Assembly: GCA_963664815.2 (NCBI GenBank)
Contig: CAXXHB010000003.1
Span: 224,001 to 288,000 of the forward strand
Origin: Spirochaetota bacterium
GTDB taxonomy: Bacteria; Spirochaetota; UBA4802; UBA5550
Direction of reading: 5' to 3'
Length of the DNA: 64,000 nucleotides
Position 1 is the first letter of the stretch. The number at the start of each line of letters is the position of its first letter. The notes beneath the pieces were generated by a model. It had not been told where the DNA came from. It saw only the letters and a list, made by a program, of their open reading frames with translations, and made no database searches. Both the position numbers and the translations under genes were made by a program. This document shows positions 21,901 to 30,155 of the stretch, piece after piece.

Positions 21901-22584
21901 AATATCCAGGGATTCAGCCGCCGGCTTCAGAAACATGTTGAATCAATTAAAACAACACTTTTCGAATCTCCTGTTCCGCCTGAAATAAAACCGGCATTAT
22001 ATGAAGTTGTTGAAAAGGAAATCCCCAAAACCCTTGATTATATTTTTTCCAGTATAACTAAAATTGATACCCTGTTGAACGGTTTACTTTATGTGTCACG
22101 TACTGGCCGTGCCCGTATGATTATTAAAGAGGTTGATGTCAGGGTGTTGTTGAAAACAGTTATAGATAATTATAATTTCCAGTTAACCGAGATTGATGCA
22201 TCGGTTTTTATTGACGAAATACCTCATTGCTATGGAGATGAGATTCTGCTGAACCAGCTGTTCTCAAACCTTATAGGTAATTCCATAAAATATTGTGATA
22301 AAAACAGGAAACCGGTAATAGAGATAACCGGTTATAAGGAATTCAGGAAGGCTGTCTATTCCATCAGGGACAATGGTATAGGAATAGACAAAAGGCATCA
22401 GGAAAAAATATGGGACATTTTTTACCGGATAGATTCAAAGAACGGGGATGCCGGTGAAGGAATTGGCTTGAGTATTGTCTGGAGAATTGCTGAAAAGCAT
22501 GGAGGCAGGGTCTGGGTTGAATCTGAACCTGGCACGGGCAGTACATTTTATGTAGAATTGCAGACGAACAGTTTTTCCGAATAA
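18907..22584 (+). CDS. Multi-TM, multi-PAS histidine kinase (Cph1/COG4251-type kinase core)
   Basis: About 7 N-terminal TM helices, about 6 PAS units, IASHDLRSPL, NLIGNSIKY, DNGIGI, GEGIGL. Confidence 0.92.
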   Translation: MKIDIFTLVIIVSIANLLEVTAFLLQYRLNRNYNGIGFWMLCFLSNFLGMVLIFLRPAIPVNLITIILANTLLLSGSIFSYTGVVRFFDREENRVFIISVFTLFIVPFLYFTYADNNISARTVIIYSAIAVNQFATAKNLFSYKTQSVKVLACFNSILFFTGGCFFSFRALDTFIYNPVSTFFSPSLMQAASIMFIFVFGLLLTIGLISMVNQRLLAENSEDKKNLELIFNTSPDAVAITRLHDGLIVNVNDRFKVLSGYSGDEIIGKFIKDTDVWCIPEDRKRLVHILLTKGLCENMESVFQRKDGSRFIGMISAQFINLNDTPHVINVTRDITDRKRVENALRESELKYRSLIENTNDVVFCVNDKGEYQFTNNVFASTFGKTPDYFNGKTLWDIYSKEEADFRQNVFKRVFETGEPQSTEVTVQLTDTTLYFLAKVNPIRDETGKIILVLTTSTNITDRKLAEEALRKSEEKYRLLIENSHDIIYTLTSDGYFTFASPSWTTILGHPVSQVVGQSFKLFVHPDDLPVCIAFLQKVLETGKRQDGVEYRVKHTNGLWYWHTSSAVPFKDDTGKVIGFEGTARDITDRKLAEEAFRVKSEELERYFKTSLDLLCIANIDGYFIRLNPEWEKVLGYSLQDLEGKSFLDFVHPDDMEGTLGALSTLDAQMEVFSFENRYRSKDGSYRWIEWRSRPQGKMIYAAARDITGRKQTEQALRESEKKYRLLTEFSSDVIWVLNLSRNMYSFVSPGIYSLRGLTVEEAMTEKLEDSLTEESLRETKNAIEIYLKEFLNNPDIPVSYIAEIRQPCKDGSVIWVEISCKLRYSENGEIEVVGVSRNIEKRKKIENELRESEEKLSTLFESMTEMVVVHELVFNEKNNVTDYRITDCNNAFIEVTGVEREKAVGRLASEVYNTRPAPYLEEYSRVGLTGKPYKYTTYFEPMDKYFSISVVSPKKNSFATITTDITGIRKIQEVVSAKNKELENYLYIASHDLRSPLVNIQGFSRRLQKHVESIKTTLFESPVPPEIKPALYEVVEKEIPKTLDYIFSSITKIDTLLNGLLYVSRTGRARMIIKEVDVRVLLKTVIDNYNFQLTEIDASVFIDEIPHCYGDEILLNQLFSNLIGNSIKYCDKNRKPVIEITGYKEFRKAVYSIRDNGIGIDKRHQEKIWDIFYRIDSKNGDAGEGIGLSIVWRIAEKHGGRVWVESEPGTGSTFYVELQTNSFSE

Positions 22585-22596
22585 CTCATACCGGAG

Positions 22597-23037
22597 ATGT
22601 TTAAAATGAAAGATTACAAAGAAATGATAATTTTGATTGCTGAGGATGATGATGGTCACGCCGAGCTGATCAGGGACGGACTTGATGAAAGCGGAGTCTG
22701 CAATAAAACCATACGGTTTTCAAACGGTGAAGAGGTTTGGGAATTTATATCCGGGACTGGAGAGAATGAAGGGAGAGATAAAAATAAGGGGTACCTTTTG
22801 CTGCTTGATATCAATCTGCCGAAAATGGATGGATTTGAAGTCCTGAAAAGATTGAAAGGGAATGCTGAACTGAAAGAGATTCCGGTTATTATGCTTACAA
22901 CAACTGATGATCCCCGGGAAGTGGAGGAGTGTTATAAACTGGGATGTAATATGTATATAACCAAGCCGGTTGATTTTAATAAATTTGCGGAAACGTTAAA
23001 ACGGCTGGGACTTTTTATCCAGATTGTAAGCATATAG
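22597..23037 (+). CDS. Single-domain response regulator, Rcp1-like
   Basis: IAEDDDGH, LLLDINLP, MLTTTDD, YITKPVDF; directly follows the SHDLR kinase. Confidence 0.93.
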   Translation: MFKMKDYKEMIILIAEDDDGHAELIRDGLDESGVCNKTIRFSNGEEVWEFISGTGENEGRDKNKGYLLLLDINLPKMDGFEVLKRLKGNAELKEIPVIMLTTTDDPREVEECYKLGCNMYITKPVDFNKFAETLKRLGLFIQIVSI

Positions 23038-23078
23038 ACTTAAAAATTAAGTTCAGGTGTTTTTTTAAGGAGATTCGG

Positions 23079-25109
23079 ATGGTTATTCTTGTTATAGAAG
23101 ACGATGAGGCCCTCGCAGAGCTGATTAAAGAAAAAATTAAGGAAAAGATTAAAGGCAGCGGTCGTAATATTATCTCTGTGGGTTCAGCAAATGATGCTGT
23201 TTTATGGCTTTCGGATCATATTCCGGATATTATGCTGATAGACTACACGCTTCCTGATATGAACGCGAAGGAATTTATCTTTGAATTGCGGAAAAAAGAG
23301 ACACCTCTGCCCCCTTTTGTTGTTTCCACGGGACAGGGGGATGAGCGTATAGCAGTAGATATGATGAAGCTTGGAGCCAGGGATTATATTTTAAAGGACA
23401 GCAACTTTCTGGATATGATCCCTGAGGTTATAGGTAATATAATCAGGGAAGTTGAAAATGAAAACAGGCGAAAAGAAGCTGAATATTTACTGGAGGAGAC
23501 CCGCCGGAATTATGAAACATTTTTTAACACAATAGACGATTTCCTTTTTGTACTGGATGAACAGGGTATAATAATCCATACAAATATGACAGTTATAAAT
23601 CGTCTTGGGTATAGCGCAGAAGAACTTTCGGGGGAGTCGATTCTTATGCTTCATCCCCCGGAACGCCGCAGTGAAGCGGAGAGAATTACAGGTGAGATGT
23701 CAAGGGGGGAAACTGAATTCTGCCTTGTCCCTGTCATTACAAAATCCGGAATCCAGATTCCGGTGGAAACAAGAATAACCCACGGGATATGGGATGGCAA
23801 GCCGGTCATTTTCGGTGTGACCAAGGATATCTCCAAACTTAAATTATCTGAGGAGAGGTTCTCAAAATTGTTCCATATTAATCCATCCGCATGCGGTTTA
23901 AGCAGTTTTGATGATCATAAATATATTGAAGTAAATGAGGCATTTCAAAATCTGCTTGGATTTGATAAAAGTGAGGTTATCGGAAAAACAGCATCCGAAC
24001 TGGGTGTTGTGACTGATGAAATGTTTAATGCTATATTACTGAAAGCCGATAGCAACGGAAGCACGGTTAATCAGGAGATTGAATTAAAGGCGAAGAATGG
24101 AGAGATAAAGCATGTGCTGTTGTCTGCGGAGAATATCTATGTGCAGGATAAAAAATACCGTTTTACTGTTATTCATGATATAACAGAACGTAAGAAGACC
24201 GAGGAGGCCCTGCGGGAGAGTGAATACCGATGGAAATTTGCCATTGAAGGTTCAGGCAGCGGGGCATGGGAATGGAATGTTCAGAGCGATGAAATAATTC
24301 TTAACGAAAGGCTGGCTGAAATTATAGGTTATACAGTTGATGAATTGAAGCCGGTTCGTGCTGCAACATGGGTAAAATACGCTCACCCTGATGATCTGAA
24401 AAAATCATATGAACAGTTAAGGAAGCATTTTGAAGGTAAATCGGATTACTACGAGTTTGAGAGCCGTCTGAAGCATAAAAAAGGAACATGGGTCTGGGTT
24501 TCAAACCGGGGAAAAGTCATTGAATGGAGTTCCGAGAAGCAGCCTGCAAGAATGTTCGGAATTCTTCTGGATATAACTGAAAAAAAAGAGATGTATCAGA
24601 AGATTGAAGAGCTTTCTATAAGGGACCCTCTTACTAATAGTTATAACAGAAGGTATATTTTTGAAAGACTTGAAATAATTGTATCTGAGTTTCTCCGGGA
24701 GCGCAAGAACTTTACTGTTTCAATTATTGATATTGATCATTTTAAAAAGGTGAATGATAAATATGGACACCAGGCGGGTGATTTAATTCTTCATGAATTT
24801 GCTGAAATTATAAGCAGTAATCTGCGTCCATATGACATGTCAGGGAGGTATGGCGGAGAGGAGTTTATTGTTGTTTCATTGAATATTGGTAAAGAGCAGG
24901 CTAAACTCAGAATGGAACGTATCCTTGATATTATAAGAGAAAAGATCTTTATTTATTGCGGGAATGAAATCAGGATCACATTCAGCGGCGGAATTTCAGA
25001 AGGCCTGGAGCTTGACATTGTTTCAGCAGGTAATCTTGTTGAAACTGCAGATAAACGACTATACGAGGCAAAAAGAACAGGAAGAGATAAAATTATTATC
25101 AGCCATTGA
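23079..25109 (+). CDS. REC-PAS-PAS-PAS-GGDEF diguanylate cyclase
   Basis: DPLTNSYNRR, DIDHFKKVNDKYGHQAGD, I-site RPYD, active site GGEEF. Confidence 0.93.
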   Translation: MVILVIEDDEALAELIKEKIKEKIKGSGRNIISVGSANDAVLWLSDHIPDIMLIDYTLPDMNAKEFIFELRKKETPLPPFVVSTGQGDERIAVDMMKLGARDYILKDSNFLDMIPEVIGNIIREVENENRRKEAEYLLEETRRNYETFFNTIDDFLFVLDEQGIIIHTNMTVINRLGYSAEELSGESILMLHPPERRSEAERITGEMSRGETEFCLVPVITKSGIQIPVETRITHGIWDGKPVIFGVTKDISKLKLSEERFSKLFHINPSACGLSSFDDHKYIEVNEAFQNLLGFDKSEVIGKTASELGVVTDEMFNAILLKADSNGSTVNQEIELKAKNGEIKHVLLSAENIYVQDKKYRFTVIHDITERKKTEEALRESEYRWKFAIEGSGSGAWEWNVQSDEIILNERLAEIIGYTVDELKPVRAATWVKYAHPDDLKKSYEQLRKHFEGKSDYYEFESRLKHKKGTWVWVSNRGKVIEWSSEKQPARMFGILLDITEKKEMYQKIEELSIRDPLTNSYNRRYIFERLEIIVSEFLRERKNFTVSIIDIDHFKKVNDKYGHQAGDLILHEFAEIISSNLRPYDMSGRYGGEEFIVVSLNIGKEQAKLRMERILDIIREKIFIYCGNEIRITFSGGISEGLELDIVSAGNLVETADKRLYEAKRTGRDKIIISH

Positions 25110-25215
25110 AATATAAATTAAAAATGGATATAATTAATACCTCCGGGATATAAATTGAAGGTCCAGGCAGTATTAAGTTAATTCAACAGAAGCAGGATAT
25201 CTGCAGGGAAAAGTA

Positions 25216-25647
25216 ATGGGATATTACAGGGAGATGATAATTCTGATTGCAGGAGATTATGAGGGTCATGCAGGATTGATACAGCAGTGGCTGTTAAATT
25301 CCGGTATCAGCAATAAAATTATCCGGCTTTCAGATGGTAAAGAGGTTTTTGATTTTATATCAGGTTCCGGGAGAGATGAATCGAGAGATAGAGGTAAAAG
25401 TTATCTTTTACTCCTTGATATCAATTTGCCTGAATTGAACGGGATTGAAGTATTAAAAAAAATTAAGGGGAATGAGGAGCTGCAGAGTATTCCTGTAATT
25501 ATCTTTGCTCCGGTTAATTATCCGGAAGAAGTTATGGAATATTATAAGGCAGGGTGTAATATATATATAAATAAACCTTCAGAGATCACAGAGCTTGAGG
25601 AGACAGTAAAGCGCCTTGGTCTTTTTATACAGATTGTGAAGATATGA
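25216..25647 (+). CDS. Degenerate Rcp1-like single-domain receiver, paralog of 22597..23037
   Basis: Shares LLLDINLP and KRLGLFIQIV with the paralog, but the acidic pocket is AGDY and the switch Thr is replaced (IFAPV). Confidence 0.85.
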   Translation: MGYYREMIILIAGDYEGHAGLIQQWLLNSGISNKIIRLSDGKEVFDFISGSGRDESRDRGKSYLLLLDINLPELNGIEVLKKIKGNEELQSIPVIIFAPVNYPEEVMEYYKAGCNIYINKPSEITELEETVKRLGLFIQIVKI

Positions 25648-25855
25648 GAATGTTACGGAGAGAATTATATTATATTATTCCGCTTTTAATTTGTAAAATT
25701 AAAACATTTTATGCTGGGGAATTCTTTTCTGTAAAAACAGTTACAACAGCGTTGTTGAGACTATCAGCTGTTCCCGGAATTAGATGGTCTCCTGAGCAGA
25801 GAACCGGTGAAATAATAGATTCTCAAGGCAGTTTTAAAATGCTGAGAGGTCAATC

Positions 25856-27265
25856 ATGACAATTCTTATTGTTGAAGATGACAGGGATCTTGCTGAATTA
25901 ATTAAAGAAAAAATAGAAGAGTGCGGTTATGAATCTTTTTGCGCTGACTCTTCAGAGGCTGCTCTTGAATGGTTTTCAGGTAATACTCCTGAGATTATGC
26001 TGCTTGATTACACTCTATCAGATATCAACGCAAAAGAATTTATTATCGAGCTGCAGAGAAGGGGGTATCTGCTGCCGCCGTTTATTATCTCCACAGGTCA
26101 GGGGGATGAACGGATCGCAGTTGATATGATGAAACTCGGAGCCAGAGATTATATAATTAAAGATGGTAATTTTCTGGATTTGCTTCCGGGAATTTTGAGA
26201 AGGGTGGACAGGGAGATTGAAAATGAGACCAGGCGCAGACTGGCCGAAGAAGCTCTGCGCAAGAACGAGGAAAAGATCCATCTTATACTGAACTCCACGG
26301 CTGAAGCGATATATGGGATTGATTTGAACGGCAACTGCACATTCTGCAACAATTCCTGCCTTAATATGCTGGGGTATAGACATCCCGACGATCTGCTGGG
26401 AAAGAACATGCACTGGCAGATACATTCAAAACATCCGGACGGCTCACATTTTCCCGTTGAAGAATGCCGTATCTTCCAGGCATTCAGACAGGGAGCTGGA
26501 ACACATGTGGATGATGAAGTGCTCTGGCGTTCTGATGGTACATCTTTCCCCGCCGAATACTGGTCGTTTCCCCAGATAGTTGACGGTTCTGTAACAGGAG
26601 CTGTTGTGACATTTCTCGATATCACCGAACGCAAACTTTCTGAAGAAAAAATAAGATATCTTCTCTCAGAAAAAGAACTGATCCTGAAGGAGGTTCATCA
26701 CAGGATTAAAAATAACATGAATACCATCAGAAATCTTCTTTTTCTCCAGGCGGATGAGCTTACAGATTCTTCCGCCGTGGCGGCACTTAAGGATGCTGAA
26801 AGCCGTGTGGAGAGTATGATGGTTCTGTATGACAGGCTTTACCGTTCTCCGGATTTTAAAGAGATGTCTATAAAAGAATATCTTACTGCGCTGGTGGATG
26901 AAATTATAGGAAATTTTCCGAATAACAGAATAGTAAAAGTAGAAAAGCGTATTGATGATTTTATACTTGATGCGGGAATTCTTTTTTCTCTCGGGATTCT
27001 TGTCAATGAACTGCTTACAAACATAATGAAGTATGCTTTTGACGGCAGGGGAAGAGGTATAATAACGGTATCCGCAGTTTTAAAGGATAAACATGCAGTG
27101 ATAATAATTCAGGACGACGGAAAAGGAATCCCTGAATCTGTAAATTTAAATAAATCAACCGGTTTCGGCCTTGACCTGGTAGTTATGCTGACAGAACAGA
27201 TCGGCGGGGATATAAGAATTGAAAGGGATAATGGTACAAAGTTTATTCTGGAATTTGATATATAG
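25856..27265 (+). CDS. REC-PAS-HisKA_2 histidine kinase
   Basis: Receiver closely similar to that of 23079..25109 (STGQGDERIAVDMMKLGARDY); EVHHRIKNNM, NIMKYAF, TGFGL. Confidence 0.92.
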   Translation: MTILIVEDDRDLAELIKEKIEECGYESFCADSSEAALEWFSGNTPEIMLLDYTLSDINAKEFIIELQRRGYLLPPFIISTGQGDERIAVDMMKLGARDYIIKDGNFLDLLPGILRRVDREIENETRRRLAEEALRKNEEKIHLILNSTAEAIYGIDLNGNCTFCNNSCLNMLGYRHPDDLLGKNMHWQIHSKHPDGSHFPVEECRIFQAFRQGAGTHVDDEVLWRSDGTSFPAEYWSFPQIVDGSVTGAVVTFLDITERKLSEEKIRYLLSEKELILKEVHHRIKNNMNTIRNLLFLQADELTDSSAVAALKDAESRVESMMVLYDRLYRSPDFKEMSIKEYLTALVDEIIGNFPNNRIVKVEKRIDDFILDAGILFSLGILVNELLTNIMKYAFDGRGRGIITVSAVLKDKHAVIIIQDDGKGIPESVNLNKSTGFGLDLVVMLTEQIGGDIRIERDNGTKFILEFDI

Positions 27266-27405
27266 CATTACATTTGTGGATTATTTTTTTAAATCATGTG
27301 GTTCCAATTATCGCTTATTACTTAAAATGTATGATTGTTGCATTTACGATTGAATAAAAGCATTTATCGGACTCAGTTAATTATTATAAATACAAATAAT
27401 TTTTA

Positions 27406-27434
27406 TTGAAATTGAATTATAAAATCATTATAGT
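27406..27434 (+). promoter_or_regulatory. Putative sigma70 promoter
   Basis: TTGAAA-17 nt-TATAGT in an AT-rich intergenic region. Confidence 0.5.
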
Positions 27435-27507
27435 ATTATTTGATAATGTAATATCCATATGATTTGAGTGAATATGCAGGGTTAATCCATAATAGAAATC
27501 CGGCAGA

Positions 27508-29217
27508 ATGTATAAAATTCAGATTAGCAGGTATTCCGAGAATGGGGTAAAATGTATGAGTGAAGAAATTAACAGAAAATATAATAAGCAGGATGAACAA
27601 TATTCGCATAACAAAGAAATTGAAAAATCTGAATTGTCGGAAAAAAAATATGAATCCCTCCCTGTTGAGGAATTATGCAGAATTATACATGAGCTTGAGA
27701 TGTCGCGGGACAGATACCTTGATTTTTATGACCTTGCACCTGTAGGATATATAACATTGAATATTGATGGGTTTATTGAGGAGGCTAATCCTGCGGCAGC
27801 AGCCATGCTGGGTGTCAGCCGGGATTTTATGTCTGGTAAGGCATTTGCCGGTTTTATTGAACCGGATGATCAGGAGATCTTTTCCCGGTACCAGAAAGAA
27901 CTTTTTGAAGTGAAAGATAACCAGTTATATTTCCTGCGTGTAAAGGGGAATGATGACTCCGAATCATGGATACAGGTAGAGTCAATTTACTTCCTTGATA
28001 ATGACCGGCCGGTGTGCCGTATTATAATAACGGATATTAATGAACGCCGAAGAATGGAGGGGGAGATAAGCCGGTATAAGGAGCAGGCTTTGCAGAATCA
28101 GAGACTGGAATCACTTGGAATACTTGCCGGGGGGATTGCACATAACTTCAATAATCTTCTGACCGGGATTTTCGGGTATATTGAACTTGCTGATAAAAAA
28201 GCGAATGATCCGGGCATATCCAGATATCTCTCGGAGGCTCTTAAAATGAGCGACAGGGCTAAGGGTTTGACCGGGCAGCTTCTTACATTCTCAAGGGGCG
28301 GGGATACGGTGAGGCAAAACGGCTATCTTTATCCTCTCATTAAGGATTCTGTGAAGTTTGCATTAAGCGGTTCGGATATTGCATCACGTTTTGATATTGA
28401 AGAAAACCTTTATCCGTGCAATTTTGATACAAATCAGATTAATCAGGTAATTGAAGACATTATCCTTAACGCCAGGCAGGCCATGCCGCACGGAGGAGCG
28501 GTCGATGTGGCGGCAGGTAACATTTATCTGAAAAAAAATGAGGTAAATTCTCTTCCAGAAGGGAAATATGTCAGAATTTCCATAAAGGATTATGGTTTTG
28601 GAATGTCTCCTGAAGTACTCTCCAGGATTTTTGATCCGTTTTTTACAACCAGAACATCATCGCACGGACTGGGCCTTTCAGCGAGTTATTCAATTATCAG
28701 CAGGCATGATGGTGCTATGACTGTTGAATCCGAGCCGGAGAAAGGGAGCACTGTAAACATTTATCTCCCCGCTGTAACGGAAAAGGTTTACCATAGAGAG
28801 AGTGAGGCTGATTCGGAACACAGCGGATATGGAACTATTATTCTTATGGATGACGAGGAGTGTATCAGGGATTCACTATCATCGATGCTGATGTCTATGG
28901 GTTATGATGTTCTTCATATGGAGCAGGGGGACGATGTTATCTCATTTTTCAGACATAGAAATGAAATTGAAAAAATTTCGGCAATTATTCTTGATCTTGT
29001 TATACCGGGGGGTATGGGGGGAAAATCGACCGTTACCGAGATTCGTAAAATAAATCCCGATATTCCGGTTTTTGCCATCAGCGGGAATACCGATGATCCT
29101 GTTATGGTAAAGCCGCAGAATTACGGTTTTACAGCGAGTATAAGCAAACCGTTTCTCATGAAAGAACTGGCAGAGATGCTAAATAGAAATATCAATATAA
29201 AGTTAAACAGCATGTAA
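27508..29217 (+). CDS. Hybrid PAS-HisKA-HATPase-REC kinase (CckA/NtrB-like core; start may be 27556)
   Basis: LAGGIAHNFNNLL, NARQAM, IFDPFFTT, GLGL, receiver ILDLVIP...ISKPF. Confidence 0.9.
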   Translation: MYKIQISRYSENGVKCMSEEINRKYNKQDEQYSHNKEIEKSELSEKKYESLPVEELCRIIHELEMSRDRYLDFYDLAPVGYITLNIDGFIEEANPAAAAMLGVSRDFMSGKAFAGFIEPDDQEIFSRYQKELFEVKDNQLYFLRVKGNDDSESWIQVESIYFLDNDRPVCRIIITDINERRRMEGEISRYKEQALQNQRLESLGILAGGIAHNFNNLLTGIFGYIELADKKANDPGISRYLSEALKMSDRAKGLTGQLLTFSRGGDTVRQNGYLYPLIKDSVKFALSGSDIASRFDIEENLYPCNFDTNQINQVIEDIILNARQAMPHGGAVDVAAGNIYLKKNEVNSLPEGKYVRISIKDYGFGMSPEVLSRIFDPFFTTRTSSHGLGLSASYSIISRHDGAMTVESEPEKGSTVNIYLPAVTEKVYHRESEADSEHSGYGTIILMDDEECIRDSLSSMLMSMGYDVLHMEQGDDVISFFRHRNEIEKISAIILDLVIPGGMGGKSTVTEIRKINPDIPVFAISGNTDDPVMVKPQNYGFTASISKPFLMKELAEMLNRNINIKLNSM

Positions 29218-29294
29218 GTGTATCCAGCGCCCTGTTAGATACTTTTTATCCATTTACTGCTCATGCCTATATTCTTCTTGACATCTGTATAAAT

Positions 29295-30155
29295 ATGGTT
29301 AATGTAAGAGAGTTGCCGAAATCTTATAATATAAAAGAGAGATATAAGATGCCTCTTAGCAGAGATGAAGTAAACGATCTTGTTAAAAAACTCCGTGAGA
29401 GATACAAAGAGTTCTCAGATAAGCACAACCCCAAATGGTTTGATCTTAATGCTTTCGACGAAAGGCTGTCAGTCGCTTTAAAACGTGGAATGAATATGGA
29501 AGGCTTCATTCTTGCGGAAATTTCAAATTTTGAAAAACTTAAAGAGCGTTACGAAGCCAGAAAGAAGCAGAAGGAGAATTCATTTTCAAATGAGGTTGAT
29601 AAAATCATTGAACAGAACCTGGCGAGAATAAAAAAATACCCGCAGATTTTATTTCATCCCAAATGCGGCCTGGAGATTTCATATCTGTATGGTGCTCTTA
29701 CCCTGTATTCAACTGAATACTATCCTATATTACGCGTTGTGATTTCCGACAGCAGACTTAAAAACAATGTCAATACGCTTGAAGACCGGCTTTTATATCT
29801 GGCAGAACCGAGAGGCAATATTCATCCTAAACGTATAGCTGATCATATTTTACTATTGAACAGAAATGGAGTAAGAGATATTGAAATTGAAAAGGATAAC
29901 AACGATTATCTGAAAGAGAGTGCTTTTCTGCTCCATGATATTATTGATTTTTGTGACATCATAGTTGATACAGGGAGAGATGAGTGGAACTACCCTGTTG
30001 TCTTCCAGAAACTTTTCATTGAAGAGGAAAAAAAGAAAAGAGTAATAGATATTTTTAAGGATCTTACCGGATATGGAGCGGTTTTTAAGGTTAAGGAATA
30101 TGCCTCAGGAATTATTGATGATTTCAGACTTGGAGCTTTTAAAAAGAATAATTAG
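29295..30155 (+). CDS. Hypothetical helical cytoplasmic protein (start probably ATG 29349)
   Basis: 286-aa ORF with host-like composition and no recognised motif; overlaps the convergent gene by 4 nt. Confidence 0.75.
   Translation: MVNVRELPKSYNIKERYKMPLSRDEVNDLVKKLRERYKEFSDKHNPKWFDLNAFDERLSVALKRGMNMEGFILAEISNFEKLKERYEARKKQKENSFSNEVDKIIEQNLARIKKYPQILFHPKCGLEISYLYGALTLYSTEYYPILRVVISDSRLKNNVNTLEDRLLYLAEPRGNIHPKRIADHILLLNRNGVRDIEIEKDNNDYLKESAFLLHDIIDFCDIIVDTGRDEWNYPVVFQKLFIEEEKKKRVIDIFKDLTGYGAVFKVKEYASGIIDDFRLGAFKKNN

Noticed and set aside
23125-23155. Short KEKI-KEKI duplication in the cyclase receiver
   Set aside because: A 12-nt in-frame micro-duplication that is already diverged, with no evident functional signal.
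25644-25859. 71-aa ORF bridging RR' and the REC kinase, with ATGA overlaps at both ends
   Set aside because: No recognisable motif, no clear SD, and no counterpart in the paralogous cassette. The overlaps are suggestive, so it is not fully excluded.
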